A stretch of 64,000 nt of DNA from Mobula hypostoma (taxonomy: Eukaryota), in NCBI RefSeq assembly GCF_963921235.1, contig NC_086107.1:113524001-113588000 (forward strand), written 5' to 3'. Under the pieces are notes generated by a model. That model searched no databases, was not told where the DNA came from, and saw only the letters and a program-made list of their open reading frames with translations. The position numbers and the translations under genes are program-made. Positions 13,701-27,359 of this stretch are shown here, in pieces. How positions within the stretch are numbered: the first letter of the stretch is position 1; the number at the start of each line of letters is the position of its first letter.

Positions 13701-15553
13701 TTCATTGATTCTGTTATGGTTATTATTCAATAGAGCTACTGCGTATTGAACAAGAAAATAAATCTCAGGGTTGTATATGGTGACATATATTCACTTTGAT
13801 TTTAAATTTACTTTGAACTTTGAATGAATATCGAGTATTTGAGGCCAGAAGTGCAAAGCGTAAATGTGAGACTCTCTCCCAGCTCCTTTCCAATGAATTA
13901 CCCCTTAGAGAAGCCCAGGATGGCTTTCTGGATCTCATTATCGCAAGAGATTCTGAAAATCCAGAGCTACACACAACATGGAGGAACTCAACATGTCAAG
14001 CAGAATATGAAAACGCAAACATGATGAAGTCTGCAGAGGCTGGAATTTCAAGCAACACACATAAAAATTGCTGGTGAATGCAGCAGGCCAGGCAGCATCT
14101 CTAGGAAGAAGTACAGTGGACGTTTCGGGCCGAGACCCTTCATCAGAATACCTCATATTCCATCTACTTAGCCTCCTTGTATTCTCACCTGCTATCATCT
14201 CCCTCTGGTCCCTGTCCTCCTTCCCTTTCTCCCGTAATCCACGCTCCTCTCCAATCGGATTCCTCGTCCTCCAGCCCTTTACCTTTCCCACACACCTGGC
14301 TTCACCTATCACCTTATAGGTAGCCTCCTTCCCCACCCCCCACCTTATTTTATTCAGGCATCTTCCTCCCTTCCCTTTCAGTCTCAGTGAAGGTCTCGAC
14401 CTGAAAGTGTATATTCATTTCCGTAGATGCTGCCTGACCTGCTGAGTTCCTCCAGTATTTTGTGTGTGTTGCTCAGGATGTTCAATCAGATGGATGAAAG
14501 AAAAATGGAGGGTTATGTAGCAGGGAAGGGTTCGACTGGTCTTGGAGTAGGTTATAAAGCTGGCACAACATGATGGGCCGAAGGGCCTGCACTTTGCTGT
14601 AGTGGGCTCTGTTCTATGCTCTAGTTTGGCGTCAGGTTAAAGTCAGGATCCAGGCAGCCGAGAGAAGAAGCTAAATCTGGGTCAGAATTACATCCAGCCA
14701 ACAAGCTGTTAAAAAGTTATAACCCCTTTCATTCAATTTAGAAGAAAAATTACTAATTTACCGGATCTTCTGGTGTGCACTGTGGTTCGTCAGGACATTG
14801 TTGTGGTTGCATTTGCTTCCAACGGGGTTTTTTTATAACTATGTTTTAATATTTCACAACACTGCAAACTCCTGTGTCAGTTTCAGTTTGCGTAGTCAGC
14901 TGAAATACGTCCAGAAAATGCGGCGCGCTGATTGATCGGAAGTTTCCCTCGGAAGACCAATCAGTACTGGGATGGATTGATAAGGAACAGCTTCTCCCTG
15001 ATTGCTATTGGGCTCCTGATCCATTTGCCTTTTCCACGTCCCCTTCCCAGTGGCCCTTGGTCTCGTCAATCTACTCCTTCTTGTCTTTCCGCTACTGTCA
15101 TGTTTCCATTTTGACTCTGCAACTCTTCGGTCTTTAGTACAATTTTCACACGGTTCTGCTCTTCTGCACTTGTCACCGTATTTACTATCATCGTGCACAC
15201 AGCGCACTCTGCGAGTTTCATGCGAGCAAGGAATTTCACCGCACCGCAGTGTACCGGACACTAAACTGGTCCGGATCTGAATCTGATTGCCCTTCGAGGA
15301 TAAGCTTGTCAGCCTGTCCCCAGCTGGAGGTCAAAGGGGATTTGGGACAAGGTCAAATGATCCAGGAGATGCTGGGAACAAACGCCTGAAGAACCGGTGT
15401 TTTAGGAATAGCTTCTTACCCTCCGCCATCAGATTTCTGAACAGCCCATGAACACTATCTCACTATTCCTCTATTGCACCAGATACTTACAGTATCTCTC
15501 TGTCTCTATATCTGCCTGCATGCCCATCTCTCTGTCCATCTATCCATGAAAAA

Positions 15554-15633
15554 CAGGGGTTCCCAACCTTTTTTATGCTTTGAACCAATGTCATTAAGCA
15601 AGGGACCAGTGGACCACAGGTTGGGAACCCCTG
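15554..15633. mobile_element. About 80-bp hAT MITE; related copies at about 18540, 22450, 38270 and 63100
   Basis: TIR CAGGGGTTCCCAACC...GGTTGGGAACCCCTG. Confidence 0.75.
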
Positions 15634-18600
15634 GTCTAAAGAAACACACGAAAAAATGCTGGAGGAACTCAGCAGGTCAGGCAGCATCTTTGGAGAGGAA
15701 TAAACTGTTGATATTTCAGCTGAGACCCTTCATCAGCTCCTGACCTGTTGAGTTCCTCCAGCATTTTGTGGGTGCTTCTCTGGATTCCCAGCATCTGCAG
15801 AAGCGCTTGTGTCTGTCTGTCTGTCTCTGTCTATCTATCTATCTATCCATCCATCCGTCTGTCTGTCTGTCTTCATGTCTATATGCCTGCCTGTCTGTTT
15901 ATCTAAACACAAAATACTTCATCCTGACGAAGGGTTCTGGCCTGAAACGTCGACCGATCTTTTCCACGGATGCTGCCCGACCTGCTGAGTTCCTCCAGCG
16001 TGTTGTGAGTGTTGTCTGTTTATCTATCTATCCAGCTAAAGGAGCATACACAAAATGGTGGAGGGACTGAGCAGGTCAGGCAGGATCTATGGAGAGAACT
16101 AAGGAGTCGACATTTTACCTGAGACCCTTCATCAGGACTGACCTGCTGAGTACATCCCGTGTTCTTTGCATGTTCCTCTTTCTCTGCATCTGCATCTGCA
16201 GAATCTCGCATCTGTCTATCCATCTATCTATCTTTATACCTGCCTGCCAGTCTGTCTATCTATCCAAAGGGACACATAAAATGCTGGAGGAACTCAGCAG
16301 GTCAGGCAGCATCTATGGGGAGTGTCTGCAGCATTTTCTGATTTTACTTCAGATCTTTGGCATCACCCCCACCATCGACGTTGGGCGCCCAGAGGAGGCA
16401 CTCTACCCCAGATGCCCAGATACTCCTGGTCGAGGACTGAGCAAAGGCATCTGGAGAAGGATCCCCTTCCAACAGAGTACGAGGGCACTGCGCTACGTGA
16501 ATGCCAGTAGGAGCACACCAGCTCAGCAACGACGTGCTAGATCAGTTGTCAGACACATCCTACTCCAGTCCTGGGACAGTCTGTGCATCCCACACCTCAG
16601 ACCTGCACGTGTTTGTACACGTCTTTGTGTGAGGGTGTGTGTGTGAGTGTGAGTGAGTGTGAGTGTGAGTGAGTGTGTACAGGTGCACCTAATAATCAAC
16701 GATTAATCAATTGTAAGTGTCTGATGTGTTGCAGTAACAGTGCAGGACAGGACATAAATGATGCTATAAGTTAAAAAAAAATTAACAGTATATGAGAGGA
16801 ATAACATAAACATCTGATAGGTCTTGAGCCTGTAGCTGAGGACCAACTGTAACCTCTACCTTCATTAGAAACACATCTACGAATTATACCCACGCAGTTA
16901 TTAATGACCCACACCGACAAGCAAGCAAGCTTCAGTGGCTGTCAGCTCGGCATCTGACTCTCCAGCTACACCTCTGCGACACGGCAAGCAGCCTTCAGAA
17001 ATGCAGCCCGTCTTAAGCAAACAAAAGGAGAAATGCATAGTCACCTCCTGGAACTCGTCAGCGGACCCAGCAGCGAGGCGTGTGACAGGAGGCAGAGGAT
17101 GAACTGAGTACTGCCTGAGACCTGAGGCAACTCAGACAGAAGCCTCACAGGATGTCAGGCAGAGAGCGCATAACCTCAGTCTGTGGTGTCTCTCAGAGAA
17201 GCCACCTCCCGTATGACAGAGATGTGTAGTAAAAGCATTGTGGATGGAGTGGCTAAAAATCATTTGTAGGTGGTACTGCGCTGATCAGGAAGGTGAAAGG
17301 TAGCATTTCCTTTTGACAGAACACACACTAACAAATGGAGGAACTCAGCAGGTCAGGCAATGTCTATGGGGGAGACTAAACAGTCGATGGGCTGAAAAGG
17401 AAAGAGGCAGAAGCCAGTATAACAAGATAGGCTTCTTCTCCCCTTCCTCTCCAGTCCTTATGAGGACTGTGTTGCTATCATACGGTATACAGGGTGATAT
17501 TCTCTCTCCACAGAAGCTGCCAGAACAACTGAGTATTTCCAGCAATTTGTTAGATTCACAGCATCTGTTAGATCTTCATCATAGGCACACAGAACCTGTT
17601 AGAAGGACACAAGAAATAGGAGCGGGTGTTGGCCATCTTGCCCGTTGAGCCTGGTCCATCATTCAATAAGATCATGGCTGATCAGGGCATGTACCTGCTT
17701 TTTCCTATAATCCATAAATCCCCCTGCTATGTAAAAACCTAACTGTGTCTTAAATATAATAATGAGTTACTTCTCCTCAACCATCAGGCTCTTGAACAAA
17801 AGGGATAATTACACCCACTCGCCCATCATTGAAGTGTTTCCACAACCAATGATCTCACTTTAAGGACACTTTATCTCATTATCTCATATTCTCGTTATTT
17901 ATTGCTATTTATTTATATTTGCATTTGCACAGTTTGTTGTCTTCTGCACTCTGGTTGATCTTTCATTGATCCTGTTATAGTTACTATTCCATAGATCTGC
18001 TGAGTATGCCCACAGGAAAATGAAACTCGGGGTTGTATGTGGTGACATATGTGTACCTTGGTAATAAAATGCACTTTGAACTTTTGAAATATATCTGATC
18101 AGGCAGCCTCTACCTTTTCCTGGGCAGAGAATTCCACAGTTTAACTATTCTCTGGAAAAATATCCTTCTCATTTCCATCCTAAATCTATTCCCCCAAATC
18201 CTGAGGCTGTGTCCCCTAATTTCGTCTCACCAATCAGAAAAAAAACAACCTTGCTGCCTCCATTCTCTTCCATAATTTTATACATTTCTATAAGATCCAC
18301 TCTCATTTTTCATCTCCCGCGTTAGGAACATCAAAAAAGTGATGGCACAATTAGCGTAATGCTAATACGGTGCCATTGACCAGGGAGCGACTCAATAGAA
18401 ACCCCGGGGACAAATATTTTTTACACACTATGGGTGGTGTCAATGTGCAATGAGCTGCCAGAGGAAGTGGTTGAGGTAGGTACAATAACAACTTATAAAA
18501 GACAGCTGGACAGAGACGTATGTCGGAAAGGTTTACAAGAAGGGTTCCCAACCTTTTTTGTGCCATGGACCAATGCCAGTAAGCAAGGGATCCAGGTTGG

Positions 18601-19250
18601 GAACCCCTGACTTGGAAGGTTATGGGCCAAATTTTGGCAAGTTGAGTCATAGTGAAGTACAGCACAGAATCAGGCCCTTTGGCCCATCTAATCCATGCCT
18701 AAACCATTTAAACTTCCTATTCCCATTAACCTGCACTGAGACCATAGCCCTCCATATCCCCACAATCCAAGTCTCTATCCAAACTTCTCTTAAATGTTGA
18801 AAACGAGTTTGAATGCACCATTTGTGTTGGCATCTCATTCCACAGTATCATGACCCTTTGGGTGAAGAAGTTTTCCCTATGTTCCCCTCAAATTTCTCAC
18901 CTTTCACCCTTAACTCATGACCTCTGGTTGTAGCCCCACCCAAACTCAATGGGAAAAGCCTGCTTGAAGTTTAGCCAAACTATACCCCTCATAATTTTGT
19001 ATACCTCTATCAGAATTCCCCTCAATCTTCTACATTCCAAGGAATACAGTCCTAACCTATTCAATCTTACCTTATAACTCAGGTCCTCCAGATCCAGCAA
19101 CATCCTTGTGAATTTTCTCTGTACTCTTTCAATCTTGTTTACATCTTTCCTGTAGGTAGGTGACCAAACCTGCACACAAGAATCCAAATGAGGCCTCACC
19201 AATGTCTTATACAACTTCAATATAAGATCCCATCTCCTGTACACAATAAA

Positions 19251-19477
19251 CAACACACATCAAAGTTGTTGGTGAACACAGCAGGCCAGGCAGCATCTCT
19301 AGGAAGAGGTGCAGTCGACGTTTCAGGCCGAGACCCTTCGACTAGTCCTGACGAAGTGTCTCGGCCTGAAACGTCGACTGTACCTCTTCCTACAGATGCT
19401 GCCTGGCCTGCTGTGTTCACCAGCAACTTTGATGTGTGTTGCTTGAATTTCCAGCATCTGCAGAATTCCTGTTGTTT
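19251..19477. mobile_element. Head-to-head (palindromic) Penelope-terminus element inside a CR1
   Basis: About 90-bp inverted arms (caacacacatcaaagttg...caactttgatgtgtgttg) with hammerhead motifs at the centre. A similar element lies at 48117-48365. Confidence 0.75.
19343..19380 (+). ncRNA. Hammerhead ribozyme motif at the centre of a palindromic Penelope-derived element
   Basis: UAGUC-CUGACGA-AGUGUCUCGGCCU-GAAA-CG-UC-GACUG; core intact, stem II imperfect. Confidence 0.55.
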
Positions 19478-20989
19478 CCTGTACTCAATACATTGATTTA
19501 TGAAGACCAATGTGCCAAAAGCTTTCTTTACCTGTGACGTCAATTTCAATGAATTATGTACCAGTATTCCCAGATACCTTTGTTCTACCACACTTCTCAG
19601 TGCCTTTCTGTTCACTGTGTAAGACCTACCCTGGTTGGTCCTATCAAAGTACAAAACCTTCCACTTGTCTGCCTTAAATCCATCTGCCATTCCTTCTGCA
19701 AACTACAATAATCTTCCTCACTGTCCCCAATCTTGATGTCACCCTACAATCATTCAGATCGTTGATATGGATGGCAAATAACATCGGACCCAGCGCCGAT
19801 TCCTGTGGCACTTCACTAGTCACAGGCCTCCAGTCAGAGAGGCAACCCTCCACTACCACTCTCTGGCTTCTCCCACAAAGCCAATGTCTAATCCAATTTA
19901 CTCCCTCATCCTGAAACTTCCTGACCAGCCTCCCACACAGCAGGGACCATATTGATGTCCATGTAGACAACATACACTGCCTTGCCTCCATCCACTTTCC
20001 TGATAATGTCTCTGAAAAACTCCATAAGATTGATTAGACATGAGCTATCGTGCACAAAGTCAAGCTGACTACCTGTAATCGGTCCAAGTCTGTCCAGGAA
20101 CCTTCCCACAACTGACGTCAGCCTCACCAGCCTATAATTTCCAGGTTCATGTTTAAAGTCTTTTTAAACAGCAGAACAACTTGGTTATCCTCCAGTCCTC
20201 TGGTACCTCTCCTGTCGCTAAGGATGTTTTACATATCTCTGCTGAGGCCCTGGCAATTTCAGCAGTTGCCTCCAGTAGGGTCCAGAAGACTAGACTGATT
20301 GAGACATCTCATTCGGCATGGACTTGTTGGGTCGAATGGTCTGTTTCTAGGCTGTAGGACTCTATGGCTCTATAATCTAAATTATAACTCTATAACTCTA
20401 TAATCGAAATTATGACTCTATGACTCTATAATCTAAATTATGCCTAAATTATTTTTTCATTTTTTGAGCAATGCAGCACAAAGTAAAACCTCTGGGCCCT
20501 TCAAGCTGCACCACCCTAGCAAGCCCACAGCCCCGATTTTAGCCCACCCGGATCATGGGACAATTTACAATAACTAGCTAACCTGCCCGGGATGTGTTTG
20601 AACTGAGGGAGGAAACTCACGCATTCCACGGGGAGGACATAAAGTCTTCTTATAGAGGACGCTGGAATTGACCTCTGAACTCTGAACTCTGGAACATCCC
20701 AAGCTGTAATAGCATTGCGCTAACTGCCACACTTCCATGGGGCCCCAACAAGACAGTGAAGAGAAAAAGAAGACGGCTAAAACCAGACATTAATGCAAAA
20801 ATAAAGAGCCAATCAGAGACAAGTCCATGATGGTGGAAGAGATGGTCTGTAGTATTGCGTTACTGTGGTAGGCTCATGTTTGTGCATGCCATTTCAAGAA
20901 GCTGATGATTGCAGGAAGGTAGCTGTTGCTGAACCTGTTGGTGAAGGACTTCTGGCTTCTATACCTCCACCTGATGGTAATGGGTGATG

Positions 20990-22620
20990 ATCATTCAGTG
21001 TCCACCCATTTCAATTCGACTTCCCATTCCCATTCTGACATGTCTGTCCATGGCCTCCTCTACTATCATGATGAGGCTAAACTCAAGTTGGAGGAACAAC
21101 ACCCTATATTCAGTCTGGGTAGCCTCCAACCTGATGGCATGAACATCAATTACTCTAACTTCCAATAATGGCTGCCCCTCCCGCCGCCTTTTTTTTCCCA
21201 TTCCCCATTCTGGTTACCTCTCACCTCTTCTCTTCTTCTCACTAGCCCACCACTTCCCTTTGGTTCCTCTTCTCCTTCCTTTCTTCCATGGTCCATTGTC
21301 CTCTCCCTTTCTCTTCACCATTTACACCTCGGACTTCAACTACTGCACAGAGTCTTGTCATCTTCATAAGTTTTCTGATGACTCTGCCATAGTTGGATGC
21401 ATCAGCAAGGGAGATGAGGCTGAGTACAGGGCTACGGTAGGAAACTTTGTCACATGGTGTGAGCAGAATTATCTGCAGCTTAATGTGAAAAAGACTAAGG
21501 AGCTGGTGGTAGACCTGAGGAGAGCTAAGGTACCGGTGACTCCTGTTTCCATCCAGGGGGTCAGTGTGGACATGGTGGAGGATTACAAATACCTGGGGAT
21601 ACGAATTGACAATAAACTGGACTGGTCAAAGAACACTGAGGCTGTCTACAAGAAGGGTCAGAGCTGCCTCTATTTCCTGAGGAGACTGAGGACCTTTAAC
21701 ATCTGTCGGACGATGCTGAGGATGTTCTACGAGTCTGTGGTGGCCAGTGCTATCATGTTTGCTGTTGTGTGCTGGGACAGCGGGCTGAGGGTAGCAGACA
21801 CCAACAGAATCAACAAACTTATTCGTAAGGCCGGTGATGTTGTGGGGATGGAACTGGACTCTCTGACGGTGGTGTCTGAAAAGAGGATGCTGTCTAAGTT
21901 GCATGCCATCTTGGACAATGTCTCCCATCCACTACATAATGTACTGGGTGGGCACAGGAGTACATTCAGCCAGAGACTCATTCCACCGAGATGCAACACT
22001 GAGTGTCATAGGAAGTCATTCCTGCCTGTGGCCATCAAACTTTACAACTCCTCCCTTGGAGGGTCAGACACCCTGAGCTAATAGGCTGGTCCTGGACTTA
22101 TTTCCTGGCATAATTTACATTTAACTATTTAATTATTTATGGTTTTATTACTGTTTAATCATTTATGCAACTGTAACGAAAACCAATTTCCTTCGGGATC
22201 AATAAAGTATGACTATCTATCTATCTATCCAATTCCTTCTTCTTCAGCCCTATACATCTTCCACCTATCTCCTCCCAGCTTACTCTATCCCCTCTCCCCC
22301 ATCCACTTACCTTCCCCCTCACCTGTTTCACCTATCACCCACCAACCTGCACACTTCCCCTCCCTCCATTCCGACTTCTTCGTCCTTCCTTTCCAATCCT
22401 GACGAAGGGTCTTGGCCCAGAACATCAACTGTTCATTCATTTTCATAGATCAGGGGTTCCCAATCTTTTTTATGCTAAGGACTCCTACCATTAACTGAGG
22501 GGTCTACGGACCCCAGGTTAGGAACCTCTACCATACATGCCACCTGACTTGCTGAGTTCCTCCAGCATTTTGTCTGTGTTACTCAAGAATTCCAGGGTCT
22601 GCAGAATCCCTTGTGTTTAT
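20990..22620 (+). mobile_element. Penelope-like 3' fragment interrupted by a Rex/Babar LINE and a hAT MITE
   Basis: HFNSTSHSHSDM...KLEEQHPIFSLGSLQPDGMN at about 21000-21168; the terminal repeat resumes at about 22225 with a decayed hammerhead near 22395. Confidence 0.75.
21301..22216 (+). mobile_element. Rex1/Babar-type LINE 3' portion (RT end plus DUF1891-like region), ORF open
   Basis: KFSDDSAIVG, LNVKKTKELVVD, YKYLG and LYFLRRL; 3' end GATCAATAAAGTATGACTAT. A shorter minus-strand copy lies at 26530-26932. Confidence 0.85.
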
Positions 22621-23489
22621 AATCTGGTGGAGGAATTTAGCAGGTTGAGCAGCATCTGTGGGGGGAAAGGAATCTTGGCAGGTTGGCGCGTGCGCAGCTC
22701 TCCGGTGAAAAATGATATCGTATCCATTAAATAGGGGCCGTGGACAATTCTGATTTGATGGAGACGGACGTGAAAGCACAGAGGAACATCTGGAGAAATT
22801 TCTGAAACATCGGTTCGCTGCTGTCATTACTGCGCGGTTGGGAATCTTCCAGAGGGAAGGCCTCAAAATCCCAGGCTTTGCCTGCTGTTGGCTACCGAGA
22901 TTGAGGTCGAATCATTCAGACAGAGATGGCGCTTGGTACTCGGTGTTGGAGAACTGATCAGAGGCTCAAAGTTTTCGGATGACTCAGAGTCGGACCGTGG
23001 TCAGGTATGGCAGGGAGAGTTTTTCTTCCTTCTCCCGTCTGCATGAGATGTGGGACATTTGAGAGACTTTGAACTTTACTGTGCTCATGGACTTCTTCAT
23101 CAAGTTATGGTATTGTTGCACTGTTGTAACTATATGTTATAATTATGTGGTTTTTGTCAGTTTTTTCAGTCTTGGTCTGTCCTGTGTTTTGTGATATCAC
23201 ACCGGAGGAAATATTGTATCATTTCTTAATGCATGCATTACTAAATGACAATAAAAGAGGACTACGTGTCCTCATAATCTAATCTAATTGTTGATGTTTT
23301 GGGTTGAAACTCTGCATTGACCTGAAATATCAACAATTCCTGTTCTCCCACAGATGCAGTTGCCCTGACTGAGTTCCTCAGGCAGATTGTTTGTTGCTTT
23401 AACAGCTCAACACCACCACTGTCAGGAAAGATGTGGAAGTACAACCAGTCATCAGCCTTCTTAACTGATGAAATAACAAACTGTCTAGA

Positions 23490-24050
23490 ATCATAGAAAA
23501 GTACAGGACAGAAACATGCCCTTTGGCCCATCAAATCCACACTGATCCATTTAAACTGCACTGGGACCAGAGCCCTCCATACCCCTACCATCCATGTACC
23601 TATCCAAACTTCTCTTAAATGTTGAAATCGAGCTCACATCCACCACTTGTGCTGGCAGCTCATTCCACACTCTCATGAACCTCTGAGTGAAGAAGTTTCC
23701 CTCATGTTCCCCTTAAACTTCTCACCTTTCACTCTTAACCCATGACCTCTAGTTGTAGACCCACCCAACCGCAGTGAAAATCTCATTTACCTTATCTAGA
23801 TTTGTCCCTCATAATCTTGTATATCTCTATCAAATCTCCTCTCAGTCTTCTACATTCCAAAGAATAAAGTCCTAACCTGTTCAGTCTTTCCTTATAACTC
23901 AGGTCCTCTAGGCCCAGCAACATCCTTGTAATTTTCGATGTACTCTTTCAACCTTGTTTACATCTTTCCTGTAGGTAGGTGACCAAAACTGTACACAATA
24001 CCCCAAATTAGGCCTCACCAATGTCTTGTACAACTTCAACATAACATCCC
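23490..24050 (-). mobile_element. CR1 3' fragment
   Basis: [19 protein letters not shown] remnant. Confidence 0.8.
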
Positions 24051-27000
24051 ATCTCCAGTTTCGAACATTTCCTCTCTCCCAGCTCAGAACACTGACCCCA
24101 ACATCCCGCACCACCATGCCACACCCTACAAGAATTTAGTTACAATAATACAATATCTTCATGAAATAATTATAAAGGACAACTTAGTTCAAAGTATTAT
24201 ATAGAAACAATAAAATGGCCTAGTGTGGGGGTTAATACCGAAAATCAAAGCCCGAAATTTGATCAGAGGTGATGGGTGCTACACTAGCGTGTTTACAGTT
24301 CGGGGCATCAGAGTTCAGAGTTCAGAGTTCAGTTCTGGTGCCAGAGCAAGAGTTAGTTAAAGTAGATTGTAGATTTGGACTCTAATTCAGATTTATGATG
24401 TGCTCTAGTTCTGGTCTCTCTTTCTTGTTACTACCTTTGGGCGATATTTGAATCGAGGCAGCCTGCGCAGATAATGAACACGGAGCTGAACTAGGCCTCC
24501 ACAAACAAGAGAAAATCTGCAGACGCTGGAAATCCCAGCGACACACACAAAATGCTGGAGGAACTCAGCAGGCCAGGCAGCATCTGGCAAGAGCACAGTC
24601 GATATTTTAGGCTGAAACCCTTCCACGGGGCTCTTTGCCTTTTGATTTTGTGTTTTATATTCTGTGTTTTCGCTCTTTTTCGTCGCAATTTGCTCGTGAT
24701 GGGGAGGAGGAGGTTTTGGTGGTTGATGTTTTTCTTTGGGCAGGTTCCATGGTTCTTATTTTGTGACTGTCTGTGAGGACGACAAATCTCAGGGTTGTAT
24801 ACTACATACATACTTCGATAAGAAATGTACTTCAAATCTTTGAATCTGTAAGGAGTCTCTGTACGTCCTCCCTGTGGAATGCGTGTGTGTCCTCCCACAG
24901 TCCAAAGATGTAGGTTAACAGGTCATTGTAACTTGTCCCATTGTTAGGTTAGGGTAAAATCAGGGTAGTTGGGATTTGCTGGGCGGCACGGCTTATAGGG
25001 CCAGAAGGGCCTGTTCTGTATCTTTAAATAAATGAAATAAAAAGACCAGAAGGTGAAGCCTGTTGACCGAGGCCTTGGGTCTATGAGTCCAATGTCCACT
25101 GGAGACTCGAGGATCTGCGGCCTGTCGTGGGGCTGAAGGACTGTGTGGGTGGTTGGGAGGGAGGAAGGGGAGTTTTGTTCTGTGAACATGGTGAACATGC
25201 TATGTTGGCACCAGAATCTGTGACCATATTTGTGTGCTGGTTTTTCAAAGGTTCAAAGATTCAAAGTACATTTATTGACAAAGAATGTATGCATTATACA
25301 ATCCCGAGATTTGTCTGAGATAGCCGGTCAAGATGGTGCCGGTGAATAACGCTTCCTCAGGCGACATCTCCAGGTAGTCCACAAAACTCTCTTTTTCACT
25401 TCTTCGATGTCTTCTTTTCATTTGCAATGTGTTTCTGAAACTGTTGGAGCCTGCAATTTGCAGTTTGGAGATTGACTGAGCAATCTAGCGCTTCGCTGTC
25501 TCAGAGAAACTTCCAAGAGGGGAGGATCCTGATTGGCTGACTCATGTTCTAAGTTGGACAACATGGCTCCTTATCTTTAGCCGAAGCCGAAACATTCTTC
25601 CCAGCATGGCACACAGCTTTTACGGAAAACTGCTAATATAAACTACCTCACAGCATCGCATTGGAATATTAACCAGGGAATTACATGTTTCAGAGAGAAT
25701 GGAACACACAGTGATCTCTGTTTATGCTCTCCGCAGTAAGTTCAAGGCACGAGACATGTCAGATGCTGGAATCTGCAGCAAAGAACAATCTGCTGGAGGA
25801 GCTTTGTGTTTGGGCAGGGGAATATTTTGGGTCTTGGTACACAGTTTCAAGCAGAAACATCAATGGTTCCTTTCCTCACGTAGATGCTGCTTGACCCGCT
25901 GGGTTCTCCCAGCAGCTGGTGTATCACTCCGCAGTAGTGTAATGTAATCTCGTCCAACAACGAGAAATTGGACCTGAAGCTGGTGTATCACTCTGCAGAA
26001 GTGTAACGGGTGCGACCCAAACTCGTCCAACAACGAGAAATTGGACCTGAAGGTTCGAGAAAGAGGCATAAAACTTGTAGCTTACTCAGTGTGACAAGAG
26101 AGGAAAACGATCAAGAAAGACAAGCCAAGAGAACGAAAGAAAAGACATGTTCTGTGGTCGTCTCAAACTGAGGCAAGAGAAAACAAAAATTACAGTGATA
26201 AACGATTGATAAAACCACCAGATTCAGTTAGCATTAGATACCTGTGGTGACCTATGAGGGTAACACACACAAAATGCTGGAGAAATCGGCAGGTCAGGCA
26301 GCATCTATGGAGGGGAATAAACAGTGAATAATTCAAGACCCTTCATCAAGACTGGAAACAAGGGGGGCAGAATGCCAATTAAGAAGGTAGGGAGAAAGGT
26401 GATAGGCAAGACCTGTTGAGGGGGAAGGTAGGTGAGAGAGAAAGGGGAGATGAGGTGACAAGGGGAGGTGATAAGTAGAAGAAATAAAATGCCGTACAAG
26501 AAGGAATTTGATAGGAGATGGGATGGACAGTCATAGTCATACTTTATTGATCCCGAGGGAAATTGGTTTTCGTTACAGTTGCACCATAAATAATTAAATA
26601 GTACTAAAACCATACATAATTAAATAGTAACATGTAAATTATGCCAGGAAATAAGTCCGGGACCAGCCTATTGGCTCAGGTTGTCTGACCCTCCAAGGGA
26701 GGAGTGTAAAGTTTGATGGCCACAGGCAGGAATGACTTCTTATGACGCTTAGTGTTGCATCTCGGTGGAATGAGTCTCTGGCTGAATGTACTCCTGTGCC
26801 CACCCAGTACATTATGTAGTGGATGGGAGACATTGTCCAAGATGGCATGCAACTTGGACAGCATCCTCTTTTCAGACACCACCGCCAGAGAGTTCAGTTC
26901 CATCCCCACAACATCACCGGCCTTACGAATGAGTGAGGTGAGGGGAAGGGGAAAGGAAGAAGTGAGTGGGCCACTGGAAGACAGGGTGATGTCAGAAGTG

Positions 27001-27359
27001 GGAAGGAACTTGGGCCTCAAATGATGCTTATATGGAGCAACTGCTTTCTTTCGAGGATTTTGCCAAGGGCTCACGCCCAGAGGGAGGGAGAAGAATTTTG
27101 TTCTTCCACACTCTAGCCAGCAAGCCAGCCTTTCACAGCCACCTGGGGCTCTTGAGATGTGTGGCCAAGTGCTCTTTCTTAGGGTCAGTGCCTGTGGCTA
27201 GAGTCCAAACACCTCTGCCAAGACTGAAATGTCAGGCCAAAGTCTTTAATAGACCGCAGACCAAAAGGTGTTACCTTGCAGAGCAGCTGAACAGATGAAT
27301 GCAAGGCTTTGCCTTGCTGTGAAGATTAACAAGGTTGGAAGGGAAGAAATCTCTTCTGC

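Larger units (their letters stand above)
18650..20280 (-). mobile_element. Degenerate CR1 LINE fragments
   Basis: LYKTLVRPHL, ERVQRKFTRML and [10 protein letters not shown] remnants. Confidence 0.85.

Noticed and set aside
13820..13980. Short ORF MNEYRVFEARSAKRKCET...
   Set aside because: Short, flanked by repeats, no splice signals or homology that I can support.
16343..16620. Plus-strand exon or ORF after an acceptor-like site
   Set aside because: No recognisable protein, no clear donor, and the listed ORF starts within repeats.
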